Shown here one piece after another: positions 17,860 to 27,306 of a stretch of 40,242 nucleotides of DNA; the first letter of the stretch is position 1, and each line of letters begins with the position of its first letter. This DNA comes from Guillardia theta CCMP2712 (Eukaryota > Protista > Cryptophyta). The notes under the pieces were generated by a model. That model was not told where the DNA came from. It saw only the letters and a list, made by a program, of their open reading frames with translations, and did not search any database. Both the position numbers and the translations under genes were made by a program. The DNA is taken from positions 1 to 40,242 of the forward strand of contig NW_005434670.1 of NCBI RefSeq assembly GCF_000315625.1, read 5' to 3'.

Positions 17860-17872
17860 CTAAACCCTAAAC
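17860..17872 (+). repeat. Innermost telomeric remnant CTAAACCCTAAAC
   Basis: Same orientation as the other tracts; sequence becomes AT-richer and unique immediately afterwards. Confidence 0.6.
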
Positions 17873-19573
17873 GAATCTAAAAATTGGATACGCACTTCTA
17901 CACCATAATTCTTCCTTTGACACCTGCAATTTACGTTACCTGCATGATGTCTGTATTCTCGCTCAGCCTGAACATCTCTGTGCACAAACCTGCATTTGAT
18001 TTTTTGTTCTTTCTTTCTTTCTTTCAGATTTGTCTATCGGCGTCCTTGGCCATGAGGTTCGAGCTATCTCGACCCCACAGGAAGGGAGAAGGGGGTTGAA
18101 GGATGTGAGGGGGGTTTCGCCTACGGTGATATTCTTCCCTTTCTTGCATTCTGGAGCATGTGCAGAGCCTCCAAGAGTTACTTGATGGGTGCCGTCCTGC
18201 TTTCAATCCTTTCCGTCATACGAACACCGTAACAAATACCAAAGCAAGAATATCGTTGCATGGAAGAGATGAAGATAGCTTTGATCGGTTTGCAATGCGA
18301 AGAGCAAAGGACACTCCAAGCTCGAGGAATATGACATGAACATCTTTTAAGAATGGGAACATGCCTGCCTTCACTATGATCCGCGAACATAAGAACCAGC
18401 AAAGAGGCCGCCCCTCAAATTCTACCGTCCTCAACAAATCTGAATTGTATGACCTGTTGCACAACTTATCATGCAAATTGCATGTCAAAGAGATTGTTAT
18501 AGACTTGATCTTCTTGAAATCTGAAGCGAGGCTCATGTTCAAGAAAGCATAATTCAACGATTTTACCTTATAGTCTGCAAGTATGTATCTTTCCACACAT
18601 GGCACAGAACCACATCAAAAACCTTCAAGCTTATTGATGCAGCGAAGTTTCAAAAGAGTCTGTAGAGCTTTGAAGAGGTGTAGCAATTTTGAAATCAAAG
18701 AGTTTTCAGCTGTTGGATTTGATGTTCATGCGTGCATTCCAGATGGCCTCCATGACTACACTGAGTTGTACCACTAAATGTCGAGATGCCAACAGGAGTC
18801 TACAAGAGTGTTGCTCAAGCTATGTCCAAGTACACTCCTTAAAACGTGGATAAATGATCGGCCACTGTACGTGACCGGGAGAACAAAGTTCACATCCAGG
18901 CACAGAAGCTAAGTCACATTCTCTAAAGCGCTCATAGCTGCGGCGAATGATGTCGCTGAAGGCGTCCAAATCTGCAAACTGTGAAGAAAGAGATGAAGGT
19001 AACACTGAAAGATCGATCTTCACATTCATCTGAGAATATCGCCAAGAGAAGATGCATGAATAAACAATACCTGCACCCTAAACACACAATCTAACAACAT
19101 CCGAAATAGCGAACAGAAACAATGACTGAAATACAAATTTCTACAAATAAACACCAATGTCGAGAGTTTGACAACAGCGTAAGAAATAGAAATGAAAAAC
19201 TCAAAGCAAGCACCAAAGACTGCAAGTTCAATGGCAAAAACCATCTAACGAAAATAAAGCTTCTAAGTTTGGATATCAAAGATCATCATAAGCACATGAC
19301 TGATTTGATGACTGAGCAATTACAGTAACAGAATCATGTTTGTTTATTGTTATCATATCAAAAATTGAAACTCTCCAAAAACAATCTGATAAGTGAAAAG
19401 AATACATGCAATCCACTGTCTGTTTTGCGCATGGATCGAGAAAGCACTCTCGACTCCACTGCACGGCCAGCGAGGGCCGGGTCCTGTCACGGAGTAATGT
19501 TACACGCCTTCAGGGTTACCCCTGAGAGCGGAGCATGAAGCAGCTAGAGGACTACATGCCTGAAGGTGTAAGA

Positions 19574-20545
19574 CTACTGCTTGTTTCCTGAAATTGACTG
19601 CGTGGCAGCTGGAGAATGGCCTTCCACGTAGGGATTCGTCTGATCTCTTCTGAGGCTTGCGAAGGTGTGGTTGACATCGCGGTGGTTTGCCTCGTCCATG
19701 CGTACCGCAAGCATCAGATCCCGCATCGACGCATCCGGCCGCAAGTGCCAGTAGTCGATGGCAATCTGAGGGGCGGGCTGGGTCTGCCAGTGCTTGAGCT
19801 TGCCATTGTCGATCTCGTGGATGATGTCGGTGTAGGTCTTGACTGCCTCCTCCTCGAGGTACCCGACAAAGCGATGACAAAAGCGAGGGCTGGCGATGTA
19901 GGCGACAAAGAAGAGGTTCATAAAGATCCCCTGGGTAGCAACGACGGCTGTGCGGAAAGCGTAGCTGGGCTTCTTGAGCTTGACAAACGTGAGCAAGTGC
20001 ATGCGCTCGTTCTCAGCCTCCTCGAGCAGCGTGTGGATCCATCCATGATCACGATCCATGCGACGAAGAGATCGGAGATGGCGGAGCATTCCTGCTGTCA
20101 TTCCTGGTACCGCTGCTACTGTCTCAAGGAAGCAGATGCGACTGATGACCTTGGACTCCGTGAGCTCGCCGAAGCGAAAGCCCGAGAAGGTATCGAAGGA
20201 CCAGCGGCAGAGCTTGACTCCACTGAACGCAAGGCGGTCCACAAAATCTTCCATTGGTCTATGAGTCTTCCTCACTCCGTTGACCTCCTCGTCGGTCCAG
20301 ACTGAGTGATGCATGGGGTTCTCCCAGATGGGCTTGTCTCCTACGACAGTTTTGCTGACTCCCAGGGGATGCTTGTTGGTGGAGGTCTTGAAGTGCACCA
20401 TGTCGTGGACGATCTTTTCGTCCCCCATATTGCGAGGGGTGATCGAGAAGGAGCGGAAGAGCACAGAGGGCCCTTGGAAAGCCACTGCGGCATAAGACGA
20501 GGCGGGGGCTCGGGCGATAGAGCGGGCGATGGACCGGGCGAGCAT
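19574..20545 (-). CDS. AOX: Mitochondrial alternative oxidase, copy 1 (intronless)
   Basis: Di-iron motifs LETVAAVPGM, EEAENERMHL, GYLEEEAV, DEANHRDVNH; N-terminus resembles an Arg/Ser/Ala-rich transit peptide. Confidence 0.95.
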   Translation of the reverse strand: MLARSIARSIARAPASSYAAVAFQGPSVLFRSFSITPRNMGDEKIVHDMVHFKTSTNKHPLGVSKTVVGDKPIWENPMHHSVWTDEEVNGVRKTHRPMEDFVDRLAFSGVKLCRWSFDTFSGFRFGELTESKVISRICFLETVAAVPGMTAGMLRHLRSLRRMDRDHGWIHTLLEEAENERMHLLTFVKLKKPSYAFRTAVVATQGIFMNLFFVAYIASPRFCHRFVGYLEEEAVKTYTDIIHEIDNGKLKHWQTQPAPQIAIDYWHLRPDASMRDLMLAVRMDEANHRDVNHTFASLRRDQTNPYVEGHSPAATQSISGNKQ

Positions 20546-21985
20546 GTTACTTGTTGTGTATGTTTGCAAGTATGCTCTCTCTCTTTCTCTCTCTGTGGAA
20601 AGAAGAGGGGATTGGTTGTGGAAGGGCGAGAGGGGGGCGGCTACAAATAGGGATCAAGGGGACTGCAGTCACAGAGCATCAGGACCCACACCAAACAAGG
20701 GGTTCATCATAGTGGGATGCAGGGGTGCTTGTATACGAAGGGGGTTCTGCTCCGAACTTCCGAAATCTCGTCGCTTGGGGTAAGCCTTAAAGGGTCTTAC
20801 GTCATTCTGGTACTACTGGGTAAGCCGGTTCAGAGTCGTCACTTGAGATTGTGGATTACATGGGGTAGTCAGCACACTGAAACCCCGGGCCGGGACCGTA
20901 CGTAACTAAAGGGCCTCAACCCCTCTACACTGCCGTGGTGACCCGGCTCCTGGCACCGTGGGCCGCCTACTAGTACCCCTACCTACCGGCCGGGCCCAGC
21001 CTGAACACGTATCTTTTCTCTTTCTCGCCGTTTGGCCGTATCATAGTATCCCACAGCCGCCGCTGCTGACTGTTTCTTCTGACGAATGGCTCGCAGGGCT
21101 CCCACGTTGCCACAGTTCGACTGCCACAATGCACTACAAATACTAATTTTAAGTTAAAACGTTCGGACTACTGACGCGGGCCGCGGCGGCCCGGGGCCCA
21201 GCCTGTTACCGGCGTGACTCGCCTGGCAGGCCGCGCGGCGAGTCGGGGCCGCCGCCAGGCTGTTGACTCTCAACTTCGGAACTTTCGGACATTGAGACTC
21301 CCGGTTTGAACTTGACTCAGTGAGGCTTGTGGCAATGATGGGCCAGTGACTGTAGGAGGTCGGAGAGAAACTGTGACTTGCAAGTTGGCAAGTTGCCTTT
21401 GAGCTGACTCACTGACAGTGAGGCTCCGTGGCCCACGCCGTGACGTGATGGACTGTTCTGGCACCGACTCAAGCCGCAGTGGCACCGCCGGTAAGACTAC
21501 TACCGTGACAGTCTCATTGCATCGGCGTGCGTCCGAGACTCCTGGCATGACTTCGACGCCAAATCATGAAAAAATAAACGGACAACAAAAATACAAAAGA
21601 TGAACCTCTTAAACGTAAACTTGAATGAAATAATACAAAGGAATGAGGGAGATGAAGACAAGAAGAGCGATAGGAGCTAATAGAGACTATTGTACTTCCA
21701 GAACAACATAGCGAAGGTTCATTCAAACCTGTCAAAAAAACAAATGAACGGAAAACACCTAAATGTTTACGCGTTGTACAGAAAAACCAATAAAGTTGAA
21801 CGAATCAAATTTTTCCTAAACAAATTAGAATTAGTGAAAACAATACATGAAATTGTAATTGTCAGGGTGGAGTCCTGTCACGGAGTAATGTTACACGCCT
21901 TCAGGGTTACCCCTGAGAGCGGAGCATGAAGCAGCTAGAGGACGACACAACCGAAGGACTTGGCGTACACACCAAGAGACTTCTT

Positions 21986-22960
21986 TCAAGCATTCGATGG
22001 GATTGCGCGGGAAGCTGCGGTCTCTTCAGCATGCGCCTGGACGTAGGGATTGATCTCGTTTTTCTTAAGGCTTGCGAAGGTGTGGTTGACATCGCGGTGG
22101 TTTGCCTCGTCCATGCGTACCGCAAGCATCAGATCCCGCATCGACGCATCCGGCCGCAAGTGCCAGTAGTCGATGGCAATCTGAGGGGCGGGCTGGGTCT
22201 GCCAGTGCTTGAGCTTGCCATTGTCGATCTCGTGGATGATGTCGGTGTAGGTCTTGACTGCCTCCTCCTCGAGGTACCCGACAAAGCGATGACAAAAGCG
22301 AGGGCTGGCGATGTAGGCGACAAAGAAGAGGTTCATAAAGATCCCCTGGGTAGCAACGACGGCTGTGCGGAAAGCGTAGCTGGGCTTCTTGAGCTTGACA
22401 AACGTGAGCAAGTGCATGCGCTCGTTCTCAGCCTCCTCGAGCAGCGTGTGGATCCATCCATGATCACGATCCATGCGACGAAGAGATCGGAGATGGCGGA
22501 GCATTCCTGCTGTCATTCCTGGTACCGCTGCTACTGTCTCAAGGAAGCAGATGCGACTGATGACCTTGGACTCCGTGAGCTCGCCGAAGCGAAAGCCCGA
22601 GAAGGTATCGAAGGACCAGCGGCAGAGCTTGACTCCACTGAACGCAAGGCGGTCTGCCAAGCCTTCTATTGGCTTGTGAGTCTTCCTCACTCCGTTGACC
22701 TCCTCGTCGGTCCAGACTGAGTGATGCATGGGGTTCTCCCAGATGGGCTTGTCTCCTACGACAGTTTTGCTGACTCCCAGGGGATGCTTGTTGGTGGAGG
22801 TCTTGAAGTGCACCATGTCGTGGACGATCTTTTCGTCCCCCATATTGCGAGGGGTGATCGAGAAGGAGCGGAAGAGCACAGAGGGCCCTTGGAAAGCCAC
22901 TGCGGCATAAGACGAGGCGGGGGCTCGGGCGATAGAGCGGGCGATGGACCGGGCGAGCAT
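21986..22960 (-). CDS. AOX: Mitochondrial alternative oxidase, copy 2 (intronless)
   Basis: Same motifs; differs from copy 1 in one internal patch and at the C-terminus. Confidence 0.95.
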   Translation of the reverse strand: MLARSIARSIARAPASSYAAVAFQGPSVLFRSFSITPRNMGDEKIVHDMVHFKTSTNKHPLGVSKTVVGDKPIWENPMHHSVWTDEEVNGVRKTHKPIEGLADRLAFSGVKLCRWSFDTFSGFRFGELTESKVISRICFLETVAAVPGMTAGMLRHLRSLRRMDRDHGWIHTLLEEAENERMHLLTFVKLKKPSYAFRTAVVATQGIFMNLFFVAYIASPRFCHRFVGYLEEEAVKTYTDIIHEIDNGKLKHWQTQPAPQIAIDYWHLRPDASMRDLMLAVRMDEANHRDVNHTFASLKKNEINPYVQAHAEETAASRAIPSNA

Positions 22961-23582
22961 GTCAAGGGATCACAGCAGAAGTGGCGGGGGTGAGGGGATG
23001 CTGCAAGTGGATGGTCGAATCAAGAACAGGCTTCTCTGTGAGGCTGGTGTGAGGAAGTAGACGAGGAGGCTACAAATACGGTGCGAGGGGGGGATGACGA
23101 GGAGACGGATCGACGGGATGCTCACAGAAGGGGGAGGGAACAAGGCGGGTGTGAAGAGGGAGAAGAGGGGGTGGGGGTGGGTTTTATGTCGATTGGTTTT
23201 TATGATGAGATTGGAAAGGGTGCGAATTCCGATGATCAGTGTCCGGAGTAACGTGTGGGTGCTGACATGGTGATGTGAAGGCGCCCGGCTGAGCGTTAGG
23301 GTTCTTGTGGGCTCAATCCCTAAGTGAAGTACTAACATTATGAAGGCCACCGATAGTCACCCTTGGGGGACTCCATGCAATGTATGAAAGAGGCGGTGCC
23401 ATGTCATTGCCCAGGTTAATGAGCTTCTGAAGTTGAGGAAAGTTCAAGGGGGCGAGCGTGCGTGTCACCTTTTCTAGCTGGCGGGTGACTCAGCCTTCCC
23501 AAGTTCCTAAGTTGACGTTGCAGTGACTAGACCCGATAGTAAAATAATAACTCAAAACTTTAATAGAATAGTCAGCCTAATA

Positions 23583-23722
23583 CCACATCGAGTCTCCTTC
23601 GACGATGTTTGGATCAGTCTTAAGCTACGTCTCTCTGCGTCTCCTTGGTCTGACCAGCAGCCATCCTGCCATACTAAAAGGAAGAAAGTTCATACAGGAG
23701 AATGGGGGAGCGGTAAAGTTGT
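23583..23722 (+). pseudogene. 140-bp copied fragment of the cycloartenol synthase gene
   Basis: Matches 27794-27933, including the first bases of the intron (GTAAAGTTGT). Confidence 0.9.
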
Positions 23723-23862
23723 CTTCTAAACCCCCCTCGCACCGTATTTGTAGCCTCCTCGTCTACTTCCTCACACCAGCCTCACAGAGAAGCCTGTTCT
23801 TGATTCGACCATCCACTTGCAGCATCCCCTCACCCCCGCCACTTCTGCTGTGATCCCTTGAC

Positions 23863-24837
23863 ATGCTCGCCCGGTCCATCGCCCGCTCTATCGCCCGAGC
23901 CCCCGCCTCGTCTTATGCCGCAGTGGCTTTCCAAGGGCCCTCTGTGCTCTTCCGCTCCTTCTCGATCACCCCTCGCAATATGGGGGACGAAAAGATCGTC
24001 CACGACATGGTGCACTTCAAGACCTCCACCAACAAGCATCCCCTGGGAGTCAGCAAAACTGTCGTAGGAGACAAGCCCATCTGGGAGAACCCCATGCATC
24101 ACTCAGTCTGGACCGACGAGGAGGTCAACGGAGTGAGGAAGACTCACAAGCCAATAGAAGGCTTGGCAGACCGCCTTGCGTTCAGTGGAGTCAAGCTCTG
24201 CCGCTGGTCCTTCGATACCTTCTCGGGCTTTCGCTTCGGCGAGCTCACGGAGTCCAAGGTCATCAGTCGCATCTGCTTCCTTGAGACAGTAGCAGCGGTA
24301 CCAGGAATGACAGCAGGAATGCTCCGCCATCTCCGATCTCTTCGTCGCATGGATCGTGATCATGGATGGATCCACACGCTGCTCGAGGAGGCTGAGAACG
24401 AGCGCATGCACTTGCTCACGTTTGTCAAGCTCAAGAAGCCCAGCTACGCTTTCCGCACAGCCGTCGTTGCTACCCAGGGGATCTTTATGAACCTCTTCTT
24501 TGTCGCCTACATCGCCAGCCCTCGCTTTTGTCATCGCTTTGTCGGGTACCTCGAGGAGGAGGCAGTCAAGACCTACACCGACATCATCCACGAGATCGAC
24601 AATGGCAAGCTCAAGCACTGGCAGACCCAGCCCGCCCCTCAGATTGCCATCGACTACTGGCACTTGCGGCCGGATGCGTCGATGCGGGATCTGATGCTTG
24701 CGGTACGCATGGACGAGGCAAACCACCGCGATGTCAACCACACCTTCGCAAGCCTTAAGAAAAACGAGATCAATCCCTACGTCCAGGCGCATGCTGAAGA
24801 GACCGCAGCTTCCCGCGCAATCCCATCGAATGCTTGA
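23863..24837 (+). CDS. AOX: Mitochondrial alternative oxidase, copy 3 (protein identical to copy 2)
   Basis: Inverted duplicate of copy 2. Confidence 0.95.
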   Translation: MLARSIARSIARAPASSYAAVAFQGPSVLFRSFSITPRNMGDEKIVHDMVHFKTSTNKHPLGVSKTVVGDKPIWENPMHHSVWTDEEVNGVRKTHKPIEGLADRLAFSGVKLCRWSFDTFSGFRFGELTESKVISRICFLETVAAVPGMTAGMLRHLRSLRRMDRDHGWIHTLLEEAENERMHLLTFVKLKKPSYAFRTAVVATQGIFMNLFFVAYIASPRFCHRFVGYLEEEAVKTYTDIIHEIDNGKLKHWQTQPAPQIAIDYWHLRPDASMRDLMLAVRMDEANHRDVNHTFASLKKNEINPYVQAHAEETAASRAIPSNA

Positions 24838-27306
24838 AAGAAGTCTCTTGGTGTGTACGCCAAGTCCTTCGGTTGTGTCGTCCTCTAGTTGCTTCATGCT
24901 CCGCTCTCAGGGGTAACCCTGAAGGCGTGTAACATTACTCCGTGACAGGACCCGGCCCTCGCTGGCCGTGCAGTGGAGTCGAGAGTGCTCTCCCGGTCCA
25001 TGCGCAAAACAGACAGTGGATTGCATGTATTCTTTTCACTTGTCAAATTGCTTTTTCCGGTAGTTATTTTGAGTAATTTGTAGTAAAGGAAACCTTCTTA
25101 CTTACTATACATGACTCTCCACATAAAGATTTCTACATAGAGAGAAATTCTGCAGTCAATCCGTTTGTTTTTGAGATAGAGACAGATATGAAGGTAGTTG
25201 TGTGAAGCAGAGCTGCTGGTGTATTATGTTTATGCTTTATGTCACTGAAATCAACATATTTTTGTAAATTTTGGTTTTTTCCGTGCTCTACTGCTATTTT
25301 TTGCGAATGTATAATTTCATCATAGCATTCATTCCTTGGCAGCTTACTTGCGTTTTGTTGTTCGCTGGATACGAGTGCTTATGGTTTTGCGTAGAATTTA
25401 GCAGATGCAATTCCATGATATCTGTATTGCTCAGTCACAACATGCACGGCAACCGATTGAAATACGTTTCTACACCCTTCTTGATAATTTTTGCCTCCAG
25501 GATTGCTCTTTCTACTCTTCTTTGTTCCTGTTTTTAGGATTAGGCAGCAATTGAAAAAAGTGCGTGTAAAATCACTCCGGTCGATTGTATCATGCTTTTT
25601 TTTAGTTCCTTTTCGATGGCGCGTCGCCTTTTGCCTTTCGACTTCTGTTGATCCGTGAGCTCTCTTTCATATTCTCGCGGAACATACATCATGCTCGTGA
25701 TCTTGATAAAACTTGACTTCTTCTCTGTCATTTGCAATCAATCTAAAATGAGGTAAGTGTCAAATCCTTGCTTGTGTTCCACAGGCGGTCGAACTTTTCA
25801 CGCTGAAGGCTGTTGGACGGCCAAGGGTTCAAGTCTAAATTGTCAAAATGAGCCTATGCATGTTCGCGTTAGTATTCAGATATTGGTGGTGCCAATACAC
25901 CGTCAAGGAGTCTTTGTCGACAAAAGGAAGGGGTCCCCATGTTATCAACTTTGCAACCTTCTCTTCCCCAACCTCAACTAATAGAAACAGAAGGTCAAAA
26001 CTCGACAAAATCAAGAAATAATTTGGATAGAACCTCGAGACACTGATGACGCATCCTCTAGTAACTGTGTTTCTCCAGCAAACTGAATTTACACAATCAC
26101 TTGTGCAAACTTGCTTTGATTAGTGAATGGAAAGGAGGGTTAGATTGCAAGAGGAATTAACTCGTCAGTCAGTGTAAGCAGCCAGAAGCACGATGGCAGA
26201 CTCAGAGAATCGGACGGTCACCATGCATCACAAAACACTAAAACACTCATTCTGTATGACGCATGGGCTATGCGAATATCTGGATGACATTATGCTTACC
26301 ATGTCGCCCTCCTCTCCTTGCTGCTCCTCTGGCCCCTCCTTCACATCGTTCGCCGACTGTTCAGCGCCCATGATGTAGCTCAGCTTGTCAACTCAGCGAT
26401 TTTACTCAAAGTTAAGTTATATCTTTACTTAGCTGCGGAAAAATAGGGCCCGCCTCGCCATCGATGACGAAATATCTGCCTGAGGTGGGCCTGCATACAT
26501 ATAAAAAAAAACGACCCTGCATGGCGGGAATGTCGGCAGGACATATCGTGAAACAAGGAGAGGAGGATGAAGGAGGGTGATAGCTATCGACACCGTCGAT
26601 CACATAATTCAGAGACTCGACAGAGCATTCAGTCATGCAGTTAGTTGCCCGCATTTACTGACAGAAGAAGCTGCAACGAGTGAGAAATGAAGTGCTATGG
26701 AAGGGAGCAGAGTCCTGAGAAGGATGAAAAGGTGCAGATGTTTTTTCAAAAGTACTAGAAAATGAAGATCCCTGTCTTGATTTGTCTTAGTAATGATCAG
26801 ACCTAGATTTGAAGATCTTGACTCTCTGAGCTCAAAGTCATACCTCGCTCAGTCACATGTCAAACCTTGACGATGATGTGTTCAGAATGCCTCTGGACTT
26901 TGTTCCGTGGAGAAGCGGGATGTGGCTTGATGGAGTCCATGCAGACAAGTTAGGGTCTGCAGCTTTTATGGTGGACGCGTTACTTCTCACCACAATGGTG
27001 CTACTCCTCATTGTGCTTGCCTCAGTCATTGTTGGAAGGATCTTCATTTTCCGTGGAGAGATGCTAAACGGCTGGCTATGGTCCGATCATCTTTCATGCA
27101 GGTCGCTTGCATGGCTTGAACTCTGGGGCCGTGGAGTTTCTTATCCCGGAGATGCGCTGCCCGTGCGGTGAAGTTGTATGCTTGTGACGGAACTGTACTG
27201 ACCCACTTTAAAAACAACAGACAGAAACGCCTCGGAAAGTGGAGGAAGGTGTGTATCATAATGCTGTTTTTGTAACACTTACGTTTTTTAACGACAGCAA
27301 GATGAC

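Larger units (their letters stand above)
21872..24951. repeat. Inverted duplication with arms 21872-23092 and 23731-24951 (1221 bp each)
   Basis: Mirror coordinates sum to 46823 at both ends and at the ATGs; arms near-identical. Confidence 0.9.

Noticed and set aside
17884-19460. Possible spliced minus-strand gene; likewise 25540-26400 and the 104-aa hydrophobic ORF at 26857-27171
   Set aside because: Plausible, but no recognisable motifs and no exon chain I can support without transcript data
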